NCBI GenBank assembly: GCA_963700145.1
Contig: OY969474.1
Span: forward strand, 288,001 to 352,000
Reading direction: 5' to 3'
Length of the DNA stretch: 64,000 nt
Source of the DNA: an uncultured Acidobacteriota bacterium
GTDB lineage: Bacteria > Acidobacteriota > Thermoanaerobaculia > Multivoradales > UBA5704
Shown here: in pieces, positions 31,610-41,362 of the stretch
How the letters are laid out: every line of letters starts with the position of its first letter
Position numbering within the stretch: position 1 is the stretch's first letter
Notes under the pieces: generated by a model
The model's input: only the letters and a program-made list of their open reading frames with translations
What the model was told of the DNA's origin: nothing
The model's database searches: none
Program-made: the position numbers and the translations under genes

Positions 31610-31631
31610 CGCCCGGCCTACGTGCCGGGCG
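31606..31631 (+). repeat. GTAG-type REP
   Basis: GTAG-CGCCCGGC-CTACGT-GCCGGGCG; its TAG is the dtd stop. Confidence 0.85.
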
Positions 31632-31721
31632 TCTTGTTGTCCCGCGCCGTCCTTTCCGGCACACATACATAGATAGATAGCGATTTGGTTCTTTCGAGAA
31701 CAACACAGGAAAGGATCGCCT

Positions 31722-34454
31722 ATGCATCCAACCGGCTCCATGTCCTTCCGTCTCACCGCCTGCTGCCTCGCGCTGGGCCTCGCGGCCGCGAGCGCCGCGG
31801 CCGCACCGCCGCACCAGGGCAACCCCCGCACCTACGACCGCCGCATCGACCTCCTGCGCGGCGCCGCCGAAGCGCCCGCGGCCGCGCAGCTCGAACGCGC
31901 GGCGGAGCTCAGGCGCCAGATGCCCGATCTCCTGGTCACCTACGACCCGGTGACCGCGGCGGTCCGCTCGCTCTCCAACGCGGGCGGCCCGCTCAGTGGG
32001 CCGCACCCCGGCGCGGAGCCGCTCGCCATCGCCGAGGAGTTCCTCGCCGAGCACCTCGACCTGCTGGGGCTCTCCGCCGCCGATCTCGCCGAGCTCGAGG
32101 TGACGGACGTCGTGCCCTCCGAAGCGAGCGGCGTCACCCACCTCTACCTCCGCCAGATGCACCGCGGCCTGCCGGTCTACAACGCCCAGCTCCAGGTCCA
32201 CCTCGACGCCGAGGGACGGGTGCTGTCGGTCAACAGCGACTTTCTCCCCGATCTCGCGCTCGGCGTCGGCTCCCTCGAGCCGCGCCTCGACGCCGCCGCC
32301 GCGGTCGCCGCCGCGGCCAAGCACGTCGAGAAGACCCTCGCCACCCCGCCGCGCCCGCGGGGCAAGCCCACCGGCGCCGGCCGGCGCACCGTGCTGGACG
32401 CCAGGGACCTCTCCCTCGAGCCGATCGAGGCGCGCCTCGCGCTGTTGCCGGTGCGCCGCGCCGACGCCCGGCTGGTGTGGAACTTCCAGGTCTACACCCT
32501 CGACGAGCAGCACGTCTACGACTTGACCGTCGACGCCGCCACGGGCGAGGTGCTGACCCGCTACGACTGGGTGGCGTCCGACTCCTACCGCGTCTACCCG
32601 CGGCCGGTCGAGAGCCCCAACCACACGACGCCCTTGCCGCCGGCCGACGGCCGCGTGCTGCTCACCAACCCGGCCTTCGCCCCCTCGTCGCCGTTCGCCT
32701 GGCACGACACCAACGGCGTGCCCGGCGCCGAGTTCACCATCATGCGCGGCAACAACGTCCACGCCTACGAGGACAGCGACGCCAACGGTCTGCCGCCCGC
32801 CGTCCAGCCCGACTGCGGCCCCTCGATCGTCTGCGACTTCCCGATCAACCTCGCGGGCCAGCCGAGCACCTACCGCCCGGCGGCGGTGGCCAACCTCTTC
32901 TACTGGAACAACCTCATCCACGACATCCAGGCGCAGTACGGCTTCACCTCGGCGGCGGGGAACTTCCAGGTCAACACCTACGGCGCCGGCGGCCTCGGCA
33001 ACGACGACGTGCGGGCCGAGGCGCAGGACGGCGGCGGCATCAACAACGCCAACTTCCTCACCCTGCCCGACGGCCAGCGGCCGCGCATGCAGATGTTCCT
33101 CTGGAACACGGCCAACCCGCAGAAGGACGGCGACCTCGACTCCGGCGTCATCGTCCACGAGTACGGCCACGGCATCTCGAACCGCCTGGTCGGCGGACCG
33201 CTGATCGTCACCTGCCTGCAGAACCTGCAGCAGCCGGGGGAGGGGCTGAGCGACTGGTGGTCGCTCGTCTACACGCACGAGAGGGGCGACCAGGGGACGG
33301 ACGGCCGCGGCATCGGCACCTACGTGCTCAACCAGCCGGTCACCGGCCTCGGCATCCGCACGCAGAAGTACAGCACCGACCCGACCGTCAACACCTGGAC
33401 CTACGCCTCGATCGCCGGCATGATCCCGCCGCACGGCGTCGGCTCGGTGTGGGCGCAGGGCGCGTGGGAGGTCTACTGGCGGCTCGTCGACCGCTGGGGC
33501 TTCGATCCCAACCTCTACGACGCCCTGGGCGGCGCCGGCAACCAGCGGATGAACCTCTACGCCACCGAGGGCCTCAAGTACACCGCCTGCAGCCCGACCT
33601 TCACCCAGACCCGCGACGGCTTCCTCCAGGCCGCCGCCCTCAACTACGGCAGCCAGGACGTCTGCCGCATGTGGAAGGGCTTCGCCGCCTTCGGCCTCGG
33701 CTCCGACGCGATCAGCGGCGGCCCCAACAACCTCAACGTCACCAACGGCTTCGCCACCCCCGCCTCGTGCGCCTGTGCGCTCGACCCCTTCCACCCCGTG
33801 ATCGTGCACTCGACCCAGACGTCGGCGACCTCGTTCGCCGTCTCCTGCCCGGCCGGCACCCTGGTCGTCGGCGGCGGCTGCAGCGACGACTTCACCAGCA
33901 CGATCCTGAGGAGCTCGGCGCCGCAGGGCAACAACGCCTGGAGCTGCAGTTACGAGAGCAACCCCGGGAGCCTGACCGCGTGGGCCCTCTGCGAGGACGT
34001 CCCGGTCGACAACTGCCGCGGCTACGAGATCGTCAACACGACGACGACCACGAGCAACGTCGCCTTCCTGAAGTGCCCGAACGACAAGATCGTCTTGGGC
34101 GGCGGCTGCCGCGACAACACCAACTCGTCGCCCCTGCAGTCGACCTACCCGTGGGGCGACGACGGCTGGGTCTGCAACTGGCAGAACGTGACCGGCAGCC
34201 TGACCGCCTACGCCATCTGCGGCGGCGCCAACCTCGACACCGGCCTCGCCGCGACGACTCACACCGAGACCTTCAGCAACGTCTCGTTCGTCCAGTGCCC
34301 GGCGGGGAAGAAGGTCGTCTCCGGCGGCTGCAGCGACGACTTCACCAGCACCACCGCCCAGAGCAGCTTCCCGTGGAACGACAACGGCTGGATCTGCAAC
34401 TGGACCAAGAACCCCGGCAGCCTGACCGTGTACGCGCTGTGTGAGGACCCGTAG
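31722..34454 (+). CDS. Secreted M36 fungalysin metallopeptidase with FTP propeptide and three Cys-rich C-terminal repeats
   Basis: HEYGHGISNRLVGG, GEGLSDW, AGNFQ, INNANF; three CPxxxxVxxGGC repeats. Confidence 0.92.
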   Translation: MHPTGSMSFRLTACCLALGLAAASAAAAPPHQGNPRTYDRRIDLLRGAAEAPAAAQLERAAELRRQMPDLLVTYDPVTAAVRSLSNAGGPLSGPHPGAEPLAIAEEFLAEHLDLLGLSAADLAELEVTDVVPSEASGVTHLYLRQMHRGLPVYNAQLQVHLDAEGRVLSVNSDFLPDLALGVGSLEPRLDAAAAVAAAAKHVEKTLATPPRPRGKPTGAGRRTVLDARDLSLEPIEARLALLPVRRADARLVWNFQVYTLDEQHVYDLTVDAATGEVLTRYDWVASDSYRVYPRPVESPNHTTPLPPADGRVLLTNPAFAPSSPFAWHDTNGVPGAEFTIMRGNNVHAYEDSDANGLPPAVQPDCGPSIVCDFPINLAGQPSTYRPAAVANLFYWNNLIHDIQAQYGFTSAAGNFQVNTYGAGGLGNDDVRAEAQDGGGINNANFLTLPDGQRPRMQMFLWNTANPQKDGDLDSGVIVHEYGHGISNRLVGGPLIVTCLQNLQQPGEGLSDWWSLVYTHERGDQGTDGRGIGTYVLNQPVTGLGIRTQKYSTDPTVNTWTYASIAGMIPPHGVGSVWAQGAWEVYWRLVDRWGFDPNLYDALGGAGNQRMNLYATEGLKYTACSPTFTQTRDGFLQAAALNYGSQDVCRMWKGFAAFGLGSDAISGGPNNLNVTNGFATPASCACALDPFHPVIVHSTQTSATSFAVSCPAGTLVVGGGCSDDFTSTILRSSAPQGNNAWSCSYESNPGSLTAWALCEDVPVDNCRGYEIVNTTTTTSNVAFLKCPNDKIVLGGGCRDNTNSSPLQSTYPWGDDGWVCNWQNVTGSLTAYAICGGANLDTGLAATTHTETFSNVSFVQCPAGKKVVSGGCSDDFTSTTAQSSFPWNDNGWICNWTKNPGSLTVYALCEDP

Positions 34455-34476
34455 CGCCCGGCCTACGTGCCGGGCG
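34451..34476 (+). repeat. GTAG-type REP
   Basis: Identical to 31606-31631; contains the stops of both flanking genes. Confidence 0.85.
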
Positions 34477-35494
34477 GGCCGAGCACCACTTCGCGGATCG
34501 GCACCGGCATGAAGCAAAGCACGAAGAGGAGCAACGCCAGGACCGCGAGCGCCTGCCGCCCGCGGTCCAGCGGCTCCGCCTCGTCGCGCACCGGCGGGTG
34601 CCGCAGCCCCATGAGCAGCACGATGGCGGTCCAGAAGATCCAGCCCGGCCAGATGAGGCTGGCGAGCGCCAGCAGGCCCCAGAGCGGCAGCGCGACCCGG
34701 CGCTGCAGCCGCCCGGTCGCGGCGTAGAGGATGTGCCCGCCGTCGAGCTGGCCCAGGGGCAGCAGGTTGATGGCGGTGGCGAGGAGCCCGAACCAGGCGG
34801 CGAGGGCGAAGGGGTGGAGGTCGAGCACCGTCCCCTCCGGCAGCGGGCCGTGGAAGAGGCGGGCGACGAAGTCGAAGGCCAGGCTCCGCCCCGGGATCAG
34901 GATCGTCGCGGCGCCGCCGGCCGGGATCACGGCGTCGGCGAGCGGCACCGGCCGCGAGCGCGCGAGCCCGATGAAGAGGAAGGGGAGGAGCGCGACGAAC
35001 CCGGCGAAAGGGCCGGAGGCGCCGACGTCGAAGAGCTCCCGCTTGCTGCGGATCGGCGCCTGGATCTTGATGAAGGCGCCGACCGTGCCGATGCCGAAGG
35101 GCGCCGGCAGGAAGTAGGGGAGCGTGGCGGGGAGGCCGTAGCGCCGGCAGGTCAGGTAGTGCCCCAGCTCGTGGACCAGCAGGATCCCCAGCACCGCGAG
35201 CGAGAAGCGCAGCCCCAGGCCGAGCAGCGCCGGGTCGTTCCACACCGCGCGGATGCTGGCGCCGCTGAGCCACGGCATGAGGCTCCAGAAGATGTCGGTG
35301 CGCGTCTGGATCAGGAAGACGGCGCCGAGCGTCGTCGTGGTGAAGAAGGTCAGCAGGAAGAGCAGCAGCGCGAGCCCGTAGCGCGGGCGGACCGGCGCCG
35401 GCTCGGCCGGGGCGCCGGGGGGCGGGAGCAGCTCGATGCGCAGCGGGCGCGGCGGTCCGGCGTCTAGAGAGGACGGATCGGGCGGCGGGCTCAG
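34463..35494 (-). CDS. Site-2 protease (M50) family membrane metalloprotease
   Basis: HELGH, NLLPLGQLDGGH; frame stays open past ATG 35278 through another TM helix; start uncertain (CTG 35494 proposed). Confidence 0.85.
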   Translation of the reverse strand: MSPPPDPSSLDAGPPRPLRIELLPPPGAPAEPAPVRPRYGLALLLFLLTFFTTTTLGAVFLIQTRTDIFWSLMPWLSGASIRAVWNDPALLGLGLRFSLAVLGILLVHELGHYLTCRRYGLPATLPYFLPAPFGIGTVGAFIKIQAPIRSKRELFDVGASGPFAGFVALLPFLFIGLARSRPVPLADAVIPAGGAATILIPGRSLAFDFVARLFHGPLPEGTVLDLHPFALAAWFGLLATAINLLPLGQLDGGHILYAATGRLQRRVALPLWGLLALASLIWPGWIFWTAIVLLMGLRHPPVRDEAEPLDRGRQALAVLALLLFVLCFMPVPIREVVLGPPGT

Positions 35495-35757
35495 AGGTTC
35501 TTGAGGTCCTTGCCCGGCTTGAAGCGGACCGTCTTGCCGGGGGTGATCGCCACTTCGACCCCGGTCTTCGGGTTGCGGCCGACGCCCTTCTTGCGGTCGC
35601 GGACCTGGAACACGCCGAAGCCGCGCAGCTCGATCCGCTTGCCGTCGCAGAGGGCGGTTTTCATCGCCTCGATGATGGTGTCGACGGCCTGCGCCGCCTT
35701 GACGCGGGGCACGTCCGACACTTCCGCAACGTGATTGACGATGTCCGACTTGATCAT
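35491..35757 (-). CDS. HU/IHF family DNA-binding protein
   Basis: IELRGFGVF, GRNPKTG, VRFKPGK. Confidence 0.95.
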   Translation of the reverse strand: MIKSDIVNHVAEVSDVPRVKAAQAVDTIIEAMKTALCDGKRIELRGFGVFQVRDRKKGVGRNPKTGVEVAITPGKTVRFKPGKDLKNL

Positions 35758-35861
35758 GAATTGGTCCGAAGCGGCGGGGAGTGTAGCACGGCGCATCGAC
35801 CTGTCAACTCGTTGGTCCTGGGGGATTTGCCGGCTCGGAAGGGGGCCGCTAGGATGGCCGC

Positions 35862-36809
35862 GTGAGCGCCTCCGCACCTCTCCGCGTGGCCCTGAGCGGC
35901 GGCGCCGGATTCATCGGCTCGCACCTCGCCGACGCCCTCCTCGCCGCCGGCCATCGCGTCGCGGTGATCGACGACCTGTCGAGCGGCCGGCGCGAGAACG
36001 TGCCCGAAGGCGCCGAGCTGCACGTCCTCGACGTGCGCTCGCCGCAGGCGGCCGAGCTGGCGGCGGAGAGCGACGTGCTGGTCCACACCGCGGCGCAGAC
36101 CGACGTCCGGCGCTCGCTCGCGGACCCGGCCTTCGACGCCTCGGTCAACCTGCTCGGCGGGCTCAACCTGCTCGCCGGCGTGCGGCGCGGCGGGCGATTG
36201 CGACAGGTCGTCTTCGCCTCGACCGGCGGCGCGATCTACGGCGAGCAGGAGGCCTTCCCGGCGCCCGAGGAGCACCCGACGCGGCCGCTCTCGCCGTACG
36301 GCGTCTCGAAGCTCGCCTTCGAGCGCTACCTCTTCGTCCACCACACCGCCTATGGGCTCGACGCGGCCTGCCTCCGTTACGGCAACGTCTACGGCGAGCG
36401 GCAGAACCCGCACGGCGAGGCGGGAGTGGTGGCGATCTTCCTCGACCGGCTGCTGGCGGGGGAGACGCCGACGATCAACGGCGACGGCCTCCAGACCCGC
36501 GACTACGTCCACGTCTCCGACGTGGTGCGCGCGACCGTCGCGACGGTCGGCCGCCCTGGCTTCCTGATCTACAACGTGGGGACGGGTGTCGAGACCTCGG
36601 TCGTCGACCTCTACCGCGAGCTCGCCCGCGCGGTCGGCAGCGACGCCGAGCCTGTCCACGGCCCCGCCAAGCCCGGCGAGCAGCAGCGCTCCAGCGTCGA
36701 CCCCTCGCGCCTCTTCCGCGACCTCGCCCTCCCCCCGCCGCTCTCCCTCGCCGAAGGCCTGTCCCGCACCGCCGCCTGGTTCCGGGCGCGCTCAGCGGCG
36801 CAGGACTGA
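35862..36809 (+). CDS. NAD-dependent epimerase/dehydratase (GalE-like)
   Basis: GGAGFIGSH, STGGAIYG, YGVSK, RYGNVYGERQ. Confidence 0.92.
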   Translation: MSASAPLRVALSGGAGFIGSHLADALLAAGHRVAVIDDLSSGRRENVPEGAELHVLDVRSPQAAELAAESDVLVHTAAQTDVRRSLADPAFDASVNLLGGLNLLAGVRRGGRLRQVVFASTGGAIYGEQEAFPAPEEHPTRPLSPYGVSKLAFERYLFVHHTAYGLDAACLRYGNVYGERQNPHGEAGVVAIFLDRLLAGETPTINGDGLQTRDYVHVSDVVRATVATVGRPGFLIYNVGTGVETSVVDLYRELARAVGSDAEPVHGPAKPGEQQRSSVDPSRLFRDLALPPPLSLAEGLSRTAAWFRARSAAQD

Positions 36810-37283
36810 GTCCAGCCGCACGCCGTCCACCCAGATCTCGACGTCGCGCACGTCCGGGAACTGGCCGGCGGTGCGGGTGAGCTGCTCGAGGACGCGCGGG
36901 CCGTCGCACTTCTCTTGGATCTCCACCCAGCCGGCGAGGTCGATGCGCACGCGGCCGTCGCTGTTCTGGATGCGCTGGATCTCGAGCGGCGAGGCGTGGA
37001 GGGCGCTGTAGAGGCCGCTGGCGGGGTGGTGGGGGGTGTCGATCGCGAGCAGCGCTTCGAGCGCGCCGCGCAGCGCCGGCCGCTGGGCCGGCAGGTCCAC
37101 CTCGACGGCGACGACGCTGTCGCCGCAGCCGATCCGCGGGCCGCCGACGCCGCCATCGTCGCGGTCGATCAGGAAGATGCGCGCCTCGTCGGTCTGGCTC
37201 CAGGCCGACGGCGCCCGCCCCGGCGCGCAGGAGAAGACGGCGAGGAGAAGCGCCAGCGCCGAGCGCGGTCCGGCGCGGCTCAC
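36792..37283 (-). CDS. GerMN-domain-like exported protein
   Basis: IGCGDSVVAV, CDGPRVLEQLTRTAGQFPDV; GTG overlaps the folA stop. Confidence 0.65.
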   Translation of the reverse strand: MSRAGPRSALALLLAVFSCAPGRAPSAWSQTDEARIFLIDRDDGGVGGPRIGCGDSVVAVEVDLPAQRPALRGALEALLAIDTPHHPASGLYSALHASPLEIQRIQNSDGRVRIDLAGWVEIQEKCDGPRVLEQLTRTAGQFPDVRDVEIWVDGVRLDSVLRR

Positions 37284-37774
37284 GCCGGCTCCCAGATCTG
37301 AAAGCGGAAGGGCGCCGGCGGCGTGCCGGCCGGCGGGTGCGCCTCCTCCCACACCAAGCGCCACCGCGCCGGGTCGAGCTCCGGGAAGAACGTGTCCCCC
37401 TCGAAGTCGCGCTCGAGGAGCGTCAGGTGGATGCGGTCGGCGCGGTCGAGGGTGGCCGCGTAGATCGCCGCGCCGCCAGCCACGAAGAGCTCCGTCTCGC
37501 CCGCCGCCTCGGCCAGCGCCAACCCCTCCTCGACCGAGCGCGCGACGTGCGCCTTCTCGGCCGTGTACGCCGGATCGCGCGTCACCACGATCGTCGGCCG
37601 CCCCGGCAGGGGCTTCCTCCCGATCGAGTCCCAGGTCCGCCGCCCCATCAGCATCCAGTGCCCGGAGGTCAGCTTCTTGAAGCGCTTGAGGTCGGGCGGC
37701 AGGTGCCAGGGGAGGCCGCCGCCGCGGCCGATCACCCGGTTGGCCGCCATCGCGGCGATCAGTGAGACCTCCAT
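37280..37774 (-). CDS. folA: Dihydrofolate reductase
   Basis: IAAMAANRVIG, LPWHLPPDLKRFK, MGRRTWDSI, GDTFFP. Confidence 0.95.
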   Translation of the reverse strand: MEVSLIAAMAANRVIGRGGGLPWHLPPDLKRFKKLTSGHWMLMGRRTWDSIGRKPLPGRPTIVVTRDPAYTAEKAHVARSVEEGLALAEAAGETELFVAGGAAIYAATLDRADRIHLTLLERDFEGDTFFPELDPARWRLVWEEAHPPAGTPPAPFRFQIWEPA

Positions 37775-37785
37775 GCAGAGGCGCG

Positions 37786-38580
37786 TTATACCGCGACCGG
37801 CGCCTTGATCGCCGGGTGCGGGTCGTAGCCGGAGAGGGTGAAGTCCTCGTAGCGGAAGTCGAAGAGCGAGCGCACCTCCGGCGCCAGCGCCATCTCCGGC
37901 AGCGGCCGCGGCTCGCGGCCGAGCTGCAGGTGCGCCTGTTCGAGGTGGTTGAGATAGAGGTGGGCGTCGCCGAGCGTGTGCACCAGGTCTCCGGGGGCGA
38001 GGCCGCAGGCCTGCGCCACCATCCGCGTCAGCAGCGCGTAGGAGGCGATGTTGAAGGGCAGCCCCAGGAAGACGTCGGCGCTGCGCTGGTAGAGCTGGCA
38101 GGAGAGGCGGCCGTCGCCGACCCAGAACTGGAAGAGCACATGGCAGGGCGGCAGGCGCATGGCGTCGAGCTCGGCGACGTTCCAGGCCGAGACCAGGTGG
38201 CGGCGGGAGTCGGGGTCGCGGCGGATCTGCTCGACGACTTGCGCCAGCTGGTCGATCGTGCCGCCGTCGTGCGCCGGCCAGGAGCGCCACTGCCGGCCGT
38301 AGACCGGCCCCAGCTCCCCGGCCTCGTCCGCCCATTCGTCCCAGATCGTCACCCCCTGCGCCTGCAGGGCGCGCACGTTGGTGTCGCCGGCGACGAACCA
38401 GAGCAGCTCGTGGAGGATGGAGCGGAGGTGGACCTTCTTGGTCGTCAGCAGCGGAAACCCCGCCGCCAGATCGAACCGCAGCTGCCAGCCGAAGACCGAC
38501 AGCGTCCCGGTGCCCGTGCGGTCCGCCTTGCGCACCCCGTGATCGAGGACGTGGCGGAGAAGGTCGAGATACTGCCGCAT
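37786..38580 (-). CDS. thyA: Thymidylate synthase
   Basis: [30 protein letters not shown]. Confidence 0.98.
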   Translation of the reverse strand: MRQYLDLLRHVLDHGVRKADRTGTGTLSVFGWQLRFDLAAGFPLLTTKKVHLRSILHELLWFVAGDTNVRALQAQGVTIWDEWADEAGELGPVYGRQWRSWPAHDGGTIDQLAQVVEQIRRDPDSRRHLVSAWNVAELDAMRLPPCHVLFQFWVGDGRLSCQLYQRSADVFLGLPFNIASYALLTRMVAQACGLAPGDLVHTLGDAHLYLNHLEQAHLQLGREPRPLPEMALAPEVRSLFDFRYEDFTLSGYDPHPAIKAPVAV

Positions 38581-38608
38581 GGGGTGGTTTGGAGTTTATA
38601 TCGTTGGA

Positions 38609-39342
38609 TCAGGGACAGGTGGCGAACGCGTCGGTGTCCTGCACCGGCGCGAAGGGGACGCCGAGGACGTTGTCGTAGGTCTTCTGCTCGCCGGTCTGCG
38701 TGTCCGTGACGGTGATCTCGACCTCGACGTCCGTCAGGCCGCCGGCGAAGACCCAGTACTTTCCGAACGGGCCGCAGGCGTCGAGCACCTTGATCACGAC
38801 CTCGACGTTGGCCGGTCCGAAGAACCAGAGGTAGCCGGTGTCGTCGGTGAGCTTGACCACCGCGGCGCGGCCCGCGTCGGTGGCTGTCCGCCAGGAGGCC
38901 TCCACTTGGAAACGCTCCCGGTTCAGGCAGAGGACGTGCGATAGGGCGGCGCAGGTATGGGCGAGGTTGAGAGCGACGTTGTCGAAGTGCGCCGTCGCCG
39001 TGCCCGGGCCGGACTTGCCGACGACGAGCGAGAGCCGAACGCCTCGCGCGGCGAGCGGCGCGCTGAACTCGAAGTCCGGGAAGGGGCTGGAGTGCCAGGC
39101 GCCGTCCTCCTCCGGCCCGGAAAACCCGCCGTTGCTGGAGAGGAAGAGGCCGCAGGCCGGGTCCGCAAACCAGGCGAAGATGGCTTGCACGGACGCGTCG
39201 ATCCCGGCCGTCGTTTCGAGGCGGTAGTCGGCGCGACGTCCGTGTCGAAGGTGCCGTTCTGGAGCAGGTTCTGCGCCGAAACCGGCGCGGCGGCGCAGGA
39301 GAGGAAAACCGCGAGGACAAGGCGGCGGTTGCTTCGGCTCAT
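38609..39342 (-). pseudogene. Secreted protein with C-terminal LCLxxxRF-type domain, frame break near 39230
   Basis: Signal peptide and QNLLQNGTFDTD in one frame, remainder in another. Confidence 0.65.
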
Positions 39343-39463
39343 CGTCCGGGCTGAGCATCGCACAAGTTGCTCGGTGCCTCTGTAACGCCCGCCACGGGCA
39401 CGCGCCTGTAGAGTCGGTCACCCGGCCCGCCGGAGCGGGCGGAGTGCCGCAAGGAGACGCGCG

Positions 39464-40771
39464 ATGAGAGAGCGAAACGCGAAAGCCGCGCCGGCGGTGG
39501 GTCTGGGGTTGGCGCTGATCCTCGCCTTCGGCTGCCGGGGCAAGGCGCCTTCCGACGAGACGATCGTCTCCGACACGCTGCGCTTCAAGGGCAGAGTGGT
39601 GGAGGAGCTGCCGTCGGGCGAGGTGATCCGGGAGACGGCCATCGTCCGCGGCAAGGAGTTCCGCTGGCAGGCCAAGCTGGAAGACCGCGCCGGCACGCCC
39701 GAGATCGAGGCAGATGTCTCCTCCCAGCCCGTCGACCTGGACGCCGTCAGCGTCGAGGAGCTGGCGGAAAAGCTGCGCGGGCTGGCTCTCTACCAGGGCC
39801 ATCAGTTCCTGGAGGCGGAGCCGCCCTACGAGCTGGCGCGGCGGGTCAAGGAGCACCACCGGCTCCTGCGGCAGGGAGCGCCGGTCGAGGCGCTGGAGCG
39901 CGTCTTCCGCGGGGTGGCGGCTGCGCAGGGGGCCGCCGCTCGCACCGCCAGCTTCGAGGCGGTCGAGAGGCCGGCCGGCGCCAGGGGCCCGTTGACGCAG
40001 CAAGTCCACGGCGCCGACGACCGTTCGGTCTTCGACAACACGGTCTACCCCCACCGGGCGCAGATCGTTTTCGACAACACCGGCAGCACGAGCGCGATCA
40101 ACGGCGCCCAGGGCTCCGGCACACTGATCGGGCGGTCCACCGCGATGTCGGCCGCCCACGTCTTCTGGGACGAGGGCAACGACACTTGGGAAGCCGACCA
40201 TCTCTGGTCGCCTGGCTTCGACAGCCAGGACGGGGACTCCAGCCCCTGGGGCGACTGGTTTCGCTGCTACTGGGTAACGATCCCGACGGCCTACACCAAC
40301 AACGAGAACCAGAACACCTGGGACTTCGCCGTGGTGGACTTCAACGTGGGCTGCAACTCCGTGGACAACGGAGTCAACTCGGACCGGCCGGGCAACACCG
40401 TCGGCTGGCTGGGCCACTACACCGCCTCCGAAAGCGCCATCGAGGGCACGACGGGCTACGTCCGCGGCTATCCCGGCGCCAGCGGCACCTGCGGCAGCTC
40501 CGGGGGGGCTTGCAACGTGCGGGTGTGGGGCGACACCTCCAGCGGCAGCGAAAACGACGTCAGCTCCCAGGAGATCCGCCACCTGGCCGACACCAGCAGC
40601 GGGCAGAGCGGCTCGGGCTTCTACCACTACGCCGACCCGAGCTGCGGCGGCTGCGGCCACGGCCCGTACGTCGTCGGCATGCACCGGGTCGGCTCAGGAA
40701 CGACCAACGGGGCGCGCCGCTACGACTCCACGGTCCGCGGCTTCGTCCAGGACAATAGCAGCGAGTTCTGA
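39464..40771 (+). CDS. Trypsin-like (V8/glutamyl endopeptidase-like) serine protease, probable lipoprotein
   Basis: AAGGAG SD, LAFGC lipobox-like, SAAHV, DFAVV, GQSGS. Confidence 0.82.
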   Translation: MRERNAKAAPAVGLGLALILAFGCRGKAPSDETIVSDTLRFKGRVVEELPSGEVIRETAIVRGKEFRWQAKLEDRAGTPEIEADVSSQPVDLDAVSVEELAEKLRGLALYQGHQFLEAEPPYELARRVKEHHRLLRQGAPVEALERVFRGVAAAQGAAARTASFEAVERPAGARGPLTQQVHGADDRSVFDNTVYPHRAQIVFDNTGSTSAINGAQGSGTLIGRSTAMSAAHVFWDEGNDTWEADHLWSPGFDSQDGDSSPWGDWFRCYWVTIPTAYTNNENQNTWDFAVVDFNVGCNSVDNGVNSDRPGNTVGWLGHYTASESAIEGTTGYVRGYPGASGTCGSSGGACNVRVWGDTSSGSENDVSSQEIRHLADTSSGQSGSGFYHYADPSCGGCGHGPYVVGMHRVGSGTTNGARRYDSTVRGFVQDNSSEF

Positions 40772-40787
40772 GGGACCGTGTAGGTTC

Positions 40788-40816
40788 TTGACCGTAGCCT
40801 CCATGGCACCTATAAT
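40788..40816 (+). promoter_or_regulatory. Sigma70 promoter, leaderless
   Basis: TTGACC-N17-TATAAT, 6 nt before ATG 40823. Confidence 0.8.
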
Positions 40817-40822
40817 CCCGCA

Positions 40823-41029
40823 ATGAGCTATATCAAGACCTCCCTCAATCTATCCCCTCCCGCCCTCGACGCCCTCCGGAAGATGGCCGCCAGGCGCGGT
40901 GTGACGGTCGCCGAGATCGTGCGCCAGGCGATCGCCACCGAGAAGTTCTTCGTCGACGAGGTGGAGAAGGGCCACAAGATCCTCATCGAGGACAAGGACC
41001 GGAGCCTCCGCCAGGTGGTCTTCCGCTGA
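40823..41029 (+). CDS. Ribbon-helix-helix (CopG-like) protein
   Basis: KTSLNL strand followed by two helices (TVAEIVRQAI). Confidence 0.8.
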   Translation: MSYIKTSLNLSPPALDALRKMAARRGVTVAEIVRQAIATEKFFVDEVEKGHKILIEDKDRSLRQVVFR

Positions 41030-41031
41030 TC

Positions 41032-41352
41032 GTGACCGCCGGCGCGCCCAGCCCCTCGGTCCAGCCCTTCAGCATCGACCTCGAAGCGACCCCCGCCCCC
41101 GGCCACCCGTTCGCGCCGCCGCCGCCCTTCCCGCCGCTCGAGACCGTCCCCTACTCCGACCGCATCCGCGGCCGCATCGCCGAGCGCCTGATCTGGATGC
41201 TCGCCGCCGTCATCCTCCTCGCCTTCGCCACCTACTGGCGCGCCAACCCCGACCCCGCGCAGCTCCAGGAGTTCCTCGCCGTCCTCTTCGGCCCCCTCAT
41301 CGCCCTCGTCTCTGCCGCCGTCGGCTACTACTTCGGCGGGAAGGCGGGGTAG
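41032..41352 (+). CDS. Small two-TM membrane protein
   Basis: Two hydrophobic helices ending AAVGYYFG; 2 nt after the RHH stop. Confidence 0.7.
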   Translation: MTAGAPSPSVQPFSIDLEATPAPGHPFAPPPPFPPLETVPYSDRIRGRIAERLIWMLAAVILLAFATYWRANPDPAQLQEFLAVLFGPLIALVSAAVGYYFGGKAG

Positions 41353-41362
41353 CGACGCTCGC

